A stretch of DNA of 64,000 nt from an uncultured virus (IMG/VR IMGVR_UViG_3300021426_000082) (Duplodnaviria > Heunggongvirae > Uroviricota > Caudoviricetes): IMG/VR virus record IMGVR_UViG_3300021426_000082; one strand, 5' to 3'. Shown here piece by piece: positions 19,044-28,064 of the stretch (the stretch's first letter is position 1; each line of letters starts with the position of its first letter). The notes under the pieces were generated by a model. That model was not told where the DNA came from. It worked only from the letters and a program-made list of their open reading frames with translations, and ran no database searches. The position numbers and the translations under genes were made by a program.

Positions 19044-21658
19044 TGGACAATCTTCAGATAATTGACCAGCTTTTACAGACAGACTTAACCAACTATATCA
19101 ATCTCAGGGACCTGCTTGCAATGTCCAAAGAAATACGCGGGGACGATGCGGAAATGTCCAAGCTGATCATGCAGAAAGTAAGGGAAGTAGCAATAGCACA
19201 ATGTATGGAAGGCAGGGACGATTTCTATACACTGTATAATGATGCTCTGCTCTTGATGGCTTCTGTACACAAAGATTTTGATTCGTTCCTGCTTTATGTC
19301 GAGAAAGACAGGGAGCCGCGTGAATCATTTTATATACCGCGTCGCAAACAGCTTCTTGATTATGTCGTCAAGCCGATGCAGAGACTTCTGGATGGTGAGA
19401 TTGATATACTTTCAATCTCAATGCCACCTGGAACCGGAAAAGGGCAATTACCAAGTGCAAAGATACTGACACCTGATGGATTTAGAAGGCTTGGCGATAT
19501 AAGGGTAGGTGATTTTGTAATATCAGGCACAGGGAACGTTGCTGAAGTCCTTGGCGTGTTCCCGAAACCGCGGATGCCTGTATACGAAGTAGTGTTTGAG
19601 GACGGAACGAAAGTGAAGTGCTCACAGGACCACATATGGCGCGTCCAGAACAGAGACGGCCGCAGATACGGATGGTATCAGAATGTAGAAGTAAAAGACA
19701 TGCTTGACCGCGTTGTAATTGACCGCCATCTGAATTACAGTGTCGATTATGTTCCGCCGATAGATATTCAGGACAAAGAACTGCCGATAGACCCGTATGT
19801 GTTAGGGGTACTGCTTGCTGACAACAAGTACGGAGTGGGCATCAGGGTAACGACTGCTGATAAATATATTATCGACGCCATCACAAACCTGGCACCCATT
19901 ACAGCCAGACACGTCATCGGGAATGATTACAGGGTTGTCTCAGATGGTTGGCTTGAACGCGAACTTACAAAATACGGCCTGTTCCGTATAAGCAATCAGG
20001 ATAAATTTATACCGGACGATTACAGGTACAATACTTACTACAACCGATTTGAGCTATTGCGCGGACTGCTCGATATGGACGGCGTTATAGATGGCGACAG
20101 CGTTAAGTATCAGGCACCTTCAAAAAGATTTGCGTCATACCTGATTGAACTGGTGCAGTCGGTAGGTGGATACGCCAAAGAAGAAAACGATCTTGAAATC
20201 ACTATAAAATTCGGGGACGTGGAGCATAACCCGTTCCATGTACCATACAAAGCAGATGGCTTCTTGCCGTCTATGGACAGAAAACTGTGGAAACGTCGCA
20301 TAAGGCGGATTGATTACGTGGGTGATATGGAAACGATATGTATTTACATTAATGACCCATCTCATCTGTATATCACAGACGGTTATGTGATTACCCACAA
20401 TACGACGCTCGGAGAGTTCTTTACTGCTTTTTATATGGGGTTGTACCCTGAACGTTATAATCTGATGTCGTCTCATTCCGGTTTTATGACGCGGATGTTC
20501 TATGACGCGGTACTTAATATCATTACGTCAAAAGAATACCGATGGAGTGATATTTTTCCTACTGTGAAATTCGAATCCACAAACGCCAAAGAGGAATCAA
20601 TCAACCTTGGCAAGTGGAAGCCGTTTAAATCATTGACATGCAGACCTATCCACGCGTCTCTGACAGGTGTTACAAGATGCAATGGCCTGCTATATTGTGA
20701 TGACCTGGTATCCGGTATTGAAGAAGCGTTATCCATAGACCGCCTGAACAAGCTGTATGGAGAATATGTGACCGATTTAAAGTCACGAAAAAAACAAGGG
20801 GCCGCCGAACTGCATATTGCGACCAGATGGTCAGTACACGATCCGATTGGAAGATTACAAAGACAGTACGACAATTCCGGAAATGCGGAGTTCGTATCGG
20901 TTCCGGATATAGATGTCCATACGGGCGAATCAAATTTCGATTACTCATACGGAACGGGCTTCGACACGGCCTATTTCAACGATATGGAAAAAACCATGGA
21001 CGATGTAACATATCGTTGTCTCTACAAAAACGATCCGATAGAACGCGAAGGAATCTTGTACCACCCGAATGAACTGCTCAGGTATTTTGATCTTCCTGTT
21101 GACGACGAGGGAAAAACAAAGGAACCCGACGCAATCATAGCGGTGTGCGATACAAAAGATACCGGAACGGACTACAATTCGCTTCCAGTGGTTTACGTTT
21201 ATGGTGACAAGTATTATTTAGAGGATATTGTATTTAAGAATATTGACCCCGGCACGCTTGATGAACTTAACTCAAATATGCTTGTCAAACACAGGGTACA
21301 GGAAGCCAGGTTCGAATCAAACAAAGAAGGCTCCAGAACCGCAAATGAGGTAGAACGGAAAGTAAAAGAAAAAGGTGGCAGATGCCACATAACCAAAAAG
21401 TACACTACTCAGAACAAAGAGACAAAAATAATCGTGACCTCATCCTGGGTGAAACAGCACGTTTATTTTAAAGATGAGACTTGCTATGAACCGAAGTCTG
21501 ATTACGGCGTTTTCATGAGTTATTTATGCAGCTACACACAGTTGGGGAAGAACAAGCATGATGACGCACCTGATTCGATGGCCATGCTTGCGCAGTTCGC
21601 AGACAATTTGATCGGAACAGCGATGGTCGTGATGAGCAGGGAGGAATTAGGGTTTTGA
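19043..21658 (+). CDS. terL: terminase large subunit with intein
   Basis: ISMPPGTGK|TT Walker A after splicing, LLYCDD Walker B, ATRW, RNase H nuclease (VCDTKDTGTD, KHDDAPDS). Confidence 0.92.
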   Translation: MDNLQIIDQLLQTDLTNYINLRDLLAMSKEIRGDDAEMSKLIMQKVREVAIAQCMEGRDDFYTLYNDALLLMASVHKDFDSFLLYVEKDREPRESFYIPRRKQLLDYVVKPMQRLLDGEIDILSISMPPGTGKGQLPSAKILTPDGFRRLGDIRVGDFVISGTGNVAEVLGVFPKPRMPVYEVVFEDGTKVKCSQDHIWRVQNRDGRRYGWYQNVEVKDMLDRVVIDRHLNYSVDYVPPIDIQDKELPIDPYVLGVLLADNKYGVGIRVTTADKYIIDAITNLAPITARHVIGNDYRVVSDGWLERELTKYGLFRISNQDKFIPDDYRYNTYYNRFELLRGLLDMDGVIDGDSVKYQAPSKRFASYLIELVQSVGGYAKEENDLEITIKFGDVEHNPFHVPYKADGFLPSMDRKLWKRRIRRIDYVGDMETICIYINDPSHLYITDGYVITHNTTLGEFFTAFYMGLYPERYNLMSSHSGFMTRMFYDAVLNIITSKEYRWSDIFPTVKFESTNAKEESINLGKWKPFKSLTCRPIHASLTGVTRCNGLLYCDDLVSGIEEALSIDRLNKLYGEYVTDLKSRKKQGAAELHIATRWSVHDPIGRLQRQYDNSGNAEFVSVPDIDVHTGESNFDYSYGTGFDTAYFNDMEKTMDDVTYRCLYKNDPIEREGILYHPNELLRYFDLPVDDEGKTKEPDAIIAVCDTKDTGTDYNSLPVVYVYGDKYYLEDIVFKNIDPGTLDELNSNMLVKHRVQEARFESNKEGSRTANEVERKVKEKGGRCHITKKYTTQNKETKIIVTSSWVKQHVYFKDETCYEPKSDYGVFMSYLCSYTQLGKNKHDDAPDSMAMLAQFADNLIGTAMVVMSREELGF
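19442..20401 (+). mobile_element. class 3 intein (320 aa) with LAGLIDADG domain in TerL Walker A
   Basis: starts GQLPSAKILTPDG, block B CSQDHIW, block F TICIYI, ends YITDGYVITHN followed by Thr; LLRGLLDMDG. Confidence 0.88.
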
Positions 21659-21855
21659 GCAAATACAGCTTTTCGGAAAATCTCAGGATGATCAGGGAAG
21701 AGAGAGAGATGTCACAAAGAGAGCTTGCGACAATATTGAGAGTAAGTCACTCGACGGTCAGCAGTTGGGAAACAAGTTCCAAGTATCCAACGATAGACAG
21801 AGTTTACGATATAGCCCGCGCCCTTGGTGTGCCAGTAACGATGCTCGTCAAATAA
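21655..21855 (+). CDS. XRE-family HTH regulator
   Basis: LRMIREEREMSQRELA..VSHSTVSSWE..YP. Confidence 0.85.
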   Translation: MSKYSFSENLRMIREEREMSQRELATILRVSHSTVSSWETSSKYPTIDRVYDIARALGVPVTMLVK

Positions 21856-21879
21856 TTATAAAAAAATAGTACAACACAG

Positions 21880-21908
21880 TTGACATATAAAGCACAACAA
21901 GATAAAAT
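21880..21908 (+). promoter_or_regulatory. sigmaA-type promoter
   Basis: TTGACA-17 bp-TAAAAT before the HU gene. Confidence 0.7.
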
Positions 21909-21936
21909 AAACTCGTTGGCGGACAGGAGGTAGTTA

Positions 21937-22230
21937 ATGAAACATTCCGAATTTGTAAAACGTGTTGCCGATATGTCTGGGATGTCACTTGAGGATACAA
22001 AAGATTTTGTAAACTGTGTTCTTAACGTGATTTCCAAAGAACTGATCAATGGCGGTGAAATGTGGTTCCCAGGATTTGGACGATTCTACACATATGAAAT
22101 GCCCGAAAGGGAAGGAACCGACCCGCGGACGCACGAAAAAGTGAAATACCCCGCAAAGCGATATGCAAAGTTCAAAGTGGGACGCGTACTTAACAACGCT
22201 ATTGCAGAACACGACAAGAATAACCAGTAA
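21937..22230 (+). CDS. HU family DNA-binding protein
   Basis: FPGFGRF...REGTDPRTHE..KFKVG. Confidence 0.9.
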   Translation: MKHSEFVKRVADMSGMSLEDTKDFVNCVLNVISKELINGGEMWFPGFGRFYTYEMPEREGTDPRTHEKVKYPAKRYAKFKVGRVLNNAIAEHDKNNQ

Positions 22231-22672
22231 CCTTCTTTTTCATATATACTCCTCATTTTTTTGTGAAACCCAACCTTGTCAACAGGGCAAACCGTTACAG
22301 GCGGTATCTTTTAGGTCAGTTTTGTTTTTTCATATATCCTTTCTAATTTGTTTGCATGCGTGACCGTCAAAAGCCATGCGTGTATTAGTTGCAGAACGCT
22401 GGTGCGTTATTTGTAACCTCCTCCCCCGGTATCCACTGAAGGATGATTAAAGGCTGCCGCAGGCCGCTGGGGGTATCAAGGCTGAGAGCCAATGTCGCCT
22501 GTCTTGTGACTTTCAAGAAATCGCCTCCAATCTATCCCTGATTTCTAAAAGCAAGACGAAATGTGCAGTCAACATGATCGGCTTTCCTATGGTGCCTGAA
22601 AAAGATCATGCGCAAGGATACGGACCGTCTTGTTACGCGGCAGGTGCGGTCCGTATCTCCATCTGTAATAAT

Positions 22673-22696
22673 AGCGGATTTAAGGTCCGCTTTTTT
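22673..22696 (+). terminator. intrinsic terminator
   Basis: AGCGGATT-TA-AGGTCCGCT followed by T-tract. Confidence 0.6.
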
Positions 22697-22716
22697 GTTT
22701 ATCAAGAGGTATTTAA

Positions 22717-23241
22717 ATGCAGTTTGAAAAGGTGTCAAAGGACGCGTTTGCAAGCGATATGAAAAGGACCTACTTCAGTACATATCGCGGTGCAGAGGAC
22801 ATAGACTTTCTTATAGACAAGGCGTATGAGAGAATCAGCACCCCTGTCAGAAAAACAAAACGTTCGGCGGGATATGATTTCTTCATCCCTGTAAGTGTAG
22901 GGCTTATGCCCGGTGAGAAATGCGTTGTTCCTTCCGGAATCAAACTGAAGTTTGACGATAAAGACGACTGCTGGCACCTCAACATCTATTCGCGTTCAAG
23001 CATTGGGATCAAAAAAGGTGTGATCGTCAGCAACGGGACCGGGATAATTGATGCAGACTACTACAACAATCCGGATAACGAAGGAGACATCATGATTGCC
23101 TTGTGGAACACAAGCAAAAGTTTCCAGCAGATAGTGAGCGGGACCAGATGCTGTCAGGGGATATTTGAAATCCATGGGCTAACGGTGGATGATAGTGCCG
23201 ATGGTGAACGTATGGGGGGACTTGGGAGCACAGGCTTATGA
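22717..23241 (+). CDS. dut: trimeric dUTPase
   Basis: SAGYDF, SRSS, GIIDADYY, QGIF, RMGGLGSTG. Confidence 0.92.
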   Translation: MQFEKVSKDAFASDMKRTYFSTYRGAEDIDFLIDKAYERISTPVRKTKRSAGYDFFIPVSVGLMPGEKCVVPSGIKLKFDDKDDCWHLNIYSRSSIGIKKGVIVSNGTGIIDADYYNNPDNEGDIMIALWNTSKSFQQIVSGTRCCQGIFEIHGLTVDDSADGERMGGLGSTGL

Positions 23242-23426
23242 TGACGGCACCATGTAAAGACTGCCCGGACCGGAAAACGGGATGTCACTCAACTTGTCAT
23301 AAATACATTGAATTTGATAACAGGAACAAAGAACGAAGGGAAAAGCGTTTGCGGTCCTTTGAAGCTGTAAGTGTGACACGCGAATCAATCCACAGGGCAA
23401 TAAAAGAAAAACATGTAAGACACTGA
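23238..23426 (+). CDS. small Cys-rich phage protein
   Basis: PCKDCPDR..GCHSTC..Y. Confidence 0.6.
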   Translation: MMTAPCKDCPDRKTGCHSTCHKYIEFDNRNKERREKRLRSFEAVSVTRESIHRAIKEKHVRH

Positions 23427-23508
23427 ATTTTACTCAGAGTAGAGAAAAACGACTTGACGTAAAAAATGGTTTAAACTGAAGGAAAATACTGGCTGGATTT
23501 AAATAATA

Positions 23509-23613
23509 ACCGCGGGACACGCGGGGATAGCCTGCTTATGCTCAGCCCGGCAGGGCTGTCGAACAGGAAGCCCCCACTTCTTAGCGCCAGCGAAAGTGGT
23601 GGGAGTATGTCAC
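23509..23613 (+). mobile_element. orphan IS200/IS605 right end / TnpB omega-RNA scaffold
   Basis: ACCGCGGGACACGCGGGGATAGCCTG...GAACAGGAAGCCCCCACTT..AAGTGGTGGGAGTATGTCAC; no tnpB ORF. Confidence 0.75.
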
Positions 23614-23627
23614 AATCAGTAATAGTT

Positions 23628-23747
23628 CAGTTGACTTGACCGCTGTAAGGTGATGGACATTCCACTCACCGGAGCTTTTCCGGAATTTGGAGTTTTATGG
23701 TTTACCGATTTCAGGAAGGCATCAAGAACGATGCAGAGAAGAACATA
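23628..23747 (+). ncRNA. orphan Cas12f-type tracr scaffold plus one 36-nt repeat and guide
   Basis: CAGTTG-ACTTGA-CCGCTG-TAA-GGTGA..TCACC scaffold as at 58602 and 60214; repeat 23692-23727 resembles 58692-58727. Confidence 0.75.
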
Positions 23748-23900
23748 AAAATTTATTGCCCGCATTGCAGGAAATACGGTCGCGACAAACTACTTTTCCA
23801 AGTCGATAAGACAACGACAGGGAGAGTGATTATAAAATGCCGTGGCTGTCGTAACCTTGTGACAATAGAACTGGTAAAAGGTGAGCCGAAAGAGCCGTGA
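23697..23900 (+). CDS. Com-like zinc-ribbon regulator
   Basis: IYCPHC...KLLF...IIKCRGCR; GGAG RBS; first gene of late region. Confidence 0.65.
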   Translation: MVYRFQEGIKNDAEKNIKIYCPHCRKYGRDKLLFQVDKTTTGRVIIKCRGCRNLVTIELVKGEPKEP

Positions 23901-23916
23901 AAGCGGCTCTTTTTTT
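23883..23916 (+). terminator. terminator with tandem GAGCC motif (copy 1)
   Basis: GAGCCgaaaGAGCCG-TGAAAG-CGGCTC-TTTTTTT. Confidence 0.7.
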
Positions 23917-23977
23917 GGATTTTAAGCAAGAATCTGGAGTTTTGCGAAAACGTGAAGCCATCAAAAGAGAGGGAAAC

Positions 23978-25555
23978 ATGCTTGAAAAAGATGTGACTCG
24001 TCAGTATGGACGTTTAAAGATAAGGACTGACGAAAAAGAAATCACAAAAGATAATATAGAAGCCGTAGTATCCCTTGCATGGGCCGAACATCAGCACAAC
24101 GCTAAACGCGAGGAATGGCTCATAGATTACAAAAAAGGCGACCAGCCTATTCTCGACAGGGTTAAAAAGGTACGCAAGGATCACAATGCAAAGGTAGTAG
24201 AGAATAACGCGTCGAAGATCGTAGACTTCCATAAGGCATACTGCTTTTCACAGCCCATTACACTTGTGCAAAGAGCAAAGAGAGAGGTGGGGAAACCGGA
24301 ACAGGCCGGAGAGGAAGATGATTTAAAAATCAGTCTCCTTAACAAAATGATGGTTGAGCAGGGCAAGCCGGGAAAAGACATCAAATTAGCAGAAGATGTC
24401 TTTTCGTGCGGACTTGGATATAAGATGGCTATCCCCATCAGGGAAAAACTTGTTAGGCGCGGACGTTGTTCTGCGTTTGAAATCTCTGTCCCGAACCCCC
24501 TCACAACATTTATGGTATATTCCAATGATGCCTATGATGAGGAAATGCTGGCATGTACCTACAATGTCCGGAAAGACGGGAAAGTGGACCTGACTGCCTA
24601 CTCTGAAAACTATTGTTTTGAACTGCGGGCAGAAAAGGTAAGTTCACTCGGAACGACGAATATAGCGGACTTTAAGATGGTCAAAAAGGTCACACCGAAC
24701 ATCCTGGGTATTATCCCTATTGTTGAGTATTCGATTACAGACCGTATGGCTATCTTTGAAAAGGTCATCCCGATCATGGATGCGATTAACCTGATTGATT
24801 CAGACCGCGTTAATGATATTACACAGCACGTCCAGTCCTTATTGTGGATGCATAACTGCCTGCTTGACAAAGAACAGAAAGAACAGCTTGTGGATGGCAA
24901 TGGTGTCGTGATGACAAAATCCACAGGTGACGGGCACGAAGCGAAGATTGTCTATTTGTCGCAGGTTCTTGACCAGTCCGAGGTTCAGAAAGAAGTTGAC
25001 CACCTTGTAGCGCAACTGCAGGAAATCACATCGACACCATCATGGAGAGAAGCAAGCGGAGGCTCCACGACAGGTGCAATGCAGTTGTCTAACGGTTGGC
25101 AGTGCGCGGAACTGTTCGCAAAGGTTGTTGAACAGCAGTTCAACGCAGCAGAACAGAAATTCCTGGACATTTGCATACAGATTATCAAGGCGGACGAAAG
25201 AGATTTTGACGGCCTGAAAGACATAGAGCTTGCTGACATTGAACCTCATTTCTGCCGTACAAAGACTTACGATCTTGTGAGCAAAGTCAACGCACTTGTG
25301 TCATTGTTAAATGTAGGTGTCGATGGACTTACAGCTTTCAATACAGTTGCATTGTTTACTGACTGTCAGCAGGCGTGGATTGATTCTGCACCTACGATCC
25401 TGAGACTGCAGGAGAACATCGGAAAGACGCAAACCGATATGTCGTGGCGGGCAACGCGTGACGAAGATGGAAACGGCGGAGAAAACAATACAGAAAAAGA
25501 CATAACCGAAGAAACAATGTCACCGAGCAAGGTGGCGGAGGTGGACGGTGTATGA
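23978..25555 (+). CDS. portal protein (SPP1 gp6-like)
   Basis: YKKGDQPIL, KVVENNASKIVDF, IPIVEY, FEKVI..MDAIN; position. Confidence 0.85.
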   Translation: MLEKDVTRQYGRLKIRTDEKEITKDNIEAVVSLAWAEHQHNAKREEWLIDYKKGDQPILDRVKKVRKDHNAKVVENNASKIVDFHKAYCFSQPITLVQRAKREVGKPEQAGEEDDLKISLLNKMMVEQGKPGKDIKLAEDVFSCGLGYKMAIPIREKLVRRGRCSAFEISVPNPLTTFMVYSNDAYDEEMLACTYNVRKDGKVDLTAYSENYCFELRAEKVSSLGTTNIADFKMVKKVTPNILGIIPIVEYSITDRMAIFEKVIPIMDAINLIDSDRVNDITQHVQSLLWMHNCLLDKEQKEQLVDGNGVVMTKSTGDGHEAKIVYLSQVLDQSEVQKEVDHLVAQLQEITSTPSWREASGGSTTGAMQLSNGWQCAELFAKVVEQQFNAAEQKFLDICIQIIKADERDFDGLKDIELADIEPHFCRTKTYDLVSKVNALVSLLNVGVDGLTAFNTVALFTDCQQAWIDSAPTILRLQENIGKTQTDMSWRATRDEDGNGGENNTEKDITEETMSPSKVAEVDGV

Positions 25556-26216
25556 TATTGAAAAATTTTTCGATGAAATGAACGTCCTGAAATCTGAGAA
25601 AGAAAGACGTATCAAAACGGCAAACCTGATAGATGATGCCATGCGTGATTTCTTTGCATCTCAGATTATAGATGTGGAAGAGGGTATTTATCCCGAAAGA
25701 AGTAAAAAGGGATATTACACAGATTTACTGATAGACCTGTACTTCACATTCCTTCCGGAAAAAGAACGCTATTCTGACGAGTTTGAGGGTAAGGCCGGGG
25801 AGTTTGCGCAGAACATCCAGAATACGACGGATAAAGCTGTTCTTGGCAATACTGATAAGCAAAAGAAATCAGGTTCAAAAAACGCGCAGGAAAAACCAGA
25901 CGGGACAAACGAGGTTTCCGATGCGCAAAAGAAAACGGTATTTTCAGATAATCGTGCAAGGCTGATAAGCCTTAATGAGAGCTTACAAATCTGGAATACC
26001 ATACGCCACAAAGAACTTAAAGGAAAGCAAGCAACACACACATGGCAGAGCATGGAAGATGACAGGGTAAGACCTACTCATGTTGAAGCAGATGGCCAGA
26101 CGGTCCCAATAGAAGAGCCGTTCAAGGTTGGTAAGTATCTGCTCATGTATCCAGGGGACAGTTCCCTGGGGGCAGGTGAAGAAGAAATCATACTTTGCCG
26201 TTGTTATGAATTATAA
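25548..26216 (+). CDS. minor head protein (Mu gpF / SPP1 gp7-like)
   Basis: W.SMEDDRVRPTH..ADGQ..F.VG...MYPGD..CRC. Confidence 0.85.
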   Translation: MYDIEKFFDEMNVLKSEKERRIKTANLIDDAMRDFFASQIIDVEEGIYPERSKKGYYTDLLIDLYFTFLPEKERYSDEFEGKAGEFAQNIQNTTDKAVLGNTDKQKKSGSKNAQEKPDGTNEVSDAQKKTVFSDNRARLISLNESLQIWNTIRHKELKGKQATHTWQSMEDDRVRPTHVEADGQTVPIEEPFKVGKYLLMYPGDSSLGAGEEEIILCRCYEL

Positions 26217-26218
26217 AA

Positions 26219-26272
26219 GAGCCATTGAGCCGGGTTATGCGGACACTGCAAGTCCGTGTGATCCGGCTTTTT
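26219..26272 (+). terminator. terminator with tandem GAGCC motif (copy 2)
   Basis: GAGCCattGAGCCGGGTTATGCGGAC...GTCCGTGTGATCCGGCTTTTT. Confidence 0.65.
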
Positions 26273-26305
26273 GCGTATATAGGTGTCACAGCTTATTTGC
26301 GCGCT

Positions 26306-26416
26306 GAGGGTTAGAGAAAATCCTCTGCATAGCAGGAAACAAACGCATCACACCTGAGAGAACAGGTAAAAAAACGCAACCATTAGTCGAGTGCAGAGAC
26401 GCACTTTAAAAAACGC
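26306..26416 (+). repeat. three AGAGA-loop hairpins each followed by AAACGC, in scaffold gene leader
   Basis: GAGGGTT/AATCCTC, ACCTG/CAGGT, AGTGC/GCACT stems. Confidence 0.65.
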
Positions 26417-26432
26417 GAAAGGAAAACTCAAT

Positions 26433-27071
26433 ATGGCAAACGCGAACCAGAAAGTGGAACCCGTAAATCCTACACCTGAAACAGCAGAAGTTCAGACCGA
26501 GGAAACCCCCGTTGTGAACGAAACAAAAGGTAACGAGATCACCATGGAGGGACTTCTTGTTGAAATCCAGCAGTTAAAGGCTGACAACGCCCGTCTTAAA
26601 ACTTCCAATGACAAGATTATGTCTGAGAATGGCGGCCTTAGAAAATCTCTGAGAGCAAAGCAGACAGCAGAGGAAGCCGAAGCGGAGGAAAAAGCCAAAG
26701 CTGCGCAGGCTGAGAAAGAGCGTGTTAATAGCATTGAGCGTGAGCTTGCGGTCATGAAGGCTACTAACCGTTACATGAAGCTCGGCATGACAGAAGAGGA
26801 TGCTCTGCAGACTGCAACCGATGAGATTGACAAGAATATGGACGCGTGGACTGCAAGTGTAGGCAAGTATCTGGCTAAGGCAGAGGAAAGAGCATACACA
26901 CGCGCAAGAAGCGAACTTCTCAAGGAGATGCCCGTTCCTCAGTCTGGCAACGGAAGCTCTATTGACTATGAATCACTGTACGAACATGCAGTTAACGAAG
27001 GTGATTCGGTGGCACAGGCCGCCGCAATCCTGAAACAGAGCATGGAGGCAGGTAAGATCAAAATTAATTAA
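26433..27071 (+). CDS. capsid scaffolding protein
   Basis: acidic N-terminus, coiled coil, position before capsid gene. Confidence 0.75.
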   Translation: MANANQKVEPVNPTPETAEVQTEETPVVNETKGNEITMEGLLVEIQQLKADNARLKTSNDKIMSENGGLRKSLRAKQTAEEAEAEEKAKAAQAEKERVNSIERELAVMKATNRYMKLGMTEEDALQTATDEIDKNMDAWTASVGKYLAKAEERAYTRARSELLKEMPVPQSGNGSSIDYESLYEHAVNEGDSVAQAAAILKQSMEAGKIKIN

Positions 27072-27086
27072 AGTGAGGTAATTATC

Positions 27087-28064
27087 ATGGCAGTTGCTAC
27101 ATCTTTTGCACTCCCTAACTACAGCGGTATGCTGTTCGTCAAAGGCAAACACCGCACACCTTTTTCAACCCTTATCGGCGCACGTCCCATGCAGACCAAC
27201 CATGTTGAGTTTGCAGTTGGCCAGACTTATGATGCGCCCATCGGAAGCCAGCCTGCGATTTCCGAAACCGCGTCTCTGACTGCTCCCGAACCGTCCTTCG
27301 TAACAAGGACACAGAACACTAACGTAACTCAGATTTTCCAGGAAACCGTAGCTGTTTCTTATGGAAAGATGTCCAACATGGGAACCCTGTCCGGTCTGAA
27401 CGCTGCAAATCAGGAAGCAAATCCCGCTGACGAGCTTGCTTTCCAGATTGCACGCACGATGGAAAAGATCGCTATGCAGGTTGAGTACACCATGATCAAT
27501 GGCGTATACGTTAAAGCTGATGCCGACAACGTTGCCAACAAGACCAGAGGTATCCTGGCGGCAATCCCCGCCTCCAACACAATCGACCTTCAGTCCACCG
27601 ACCAGGCCCCTGTAGCCCTGACTTATGACACTGTTGCGGAAGCACTTGCACTGATCCACGACCAGGGCGGTGACACCACTGACATTATCCTTGGTGTAAA
27701 CGCGACCACTCTGCTGCAGCTCAACTGGGATGCACGTAAGAACAACATGACCATTGTTCCCGCGAGCAGAAACGTCAACGGTCTGGCAATCGACACTGTT
27801 ATTACTGCCCTTGGCACAGTAGCGGTCACACTGATTGATTCCCTTCCCGATGGCACAGCACTCCTGTTCAACCCGAATGTTTGTGCGCCTGTATTCCAGC
27901 CCGTTCCTGAAAAGGGTAACTTCTTCCTGGAGCCCCTTGCAAAGACTGGTGCGGCAGATAAGTATCAGATTTTCGGACAGCTTGGACTGGATCATGGTCC
28001 TTCCTTCTATCATGCGAAGATCACCGGCATTACCACAAAGAAGCCTTCCGAACTGTCGGAATGA
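27087..28064 (+). CDS. major capsid protein
   Basis: NYSGMLF..TPFS, NVTQIFQE, EPLAKTG...QIFGQ.GLDHGP..H.KIT. Confidence 0.85.
   Translation: MAVATSFALPNYSGMLFVKGKHRTPFSTLIGARPMQTNHVEFAVGQTYDAPIGSQPAISETASLTAPEPSFVTRTQNTNVTQIFQETVAVSYGKMSNMGTLSGLNAANQEANPADELAFQIARTMEKIAMQVEYTMINGVYVKADADNVANKTRGILAAIPASNTIDLQSTDQAPVALTYDTVAEALALIHDQGGDTTDIILGVNATTLLQLNWDARKNNMTIVPASRNVNGLAIDTVITALGTVAVTLIDSLPDGTALLFNPNVCAPVFQPVPEKGNFFLEPLAKTGAADKYQIFGQLGLDHGPSFYHAKITGITTKKPSELSE

Noticed and set aside
22471..22483. GGGTATCAAGGCT identical to the end of CRISPR repeat 1, suggesting a fourth guide locus
   Set aside because: No ACTTGA-loop stem or GGTGA/TCACC hairpin upstream; a 13-nt match alone is insufficient.
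22380..22660. tRNA genes in the non-coding stretch
   Set aside because: No cloverleaf with a T-loop GTTCRA motif found by eye.
23449..23463. ACG-ACTTGA-CGT resembling the first scaffold hairpin
   Set aside because: Only a 3-bp stem and none of the downstream elements; may be an IS left-end remnant or chance.
27165..28013. Long antisense ORF opposite the capsid gene, and similar ones opposite TMP and DUF3560
   Set aside because: Shadow ORFs caused by codon bias of the real genes.
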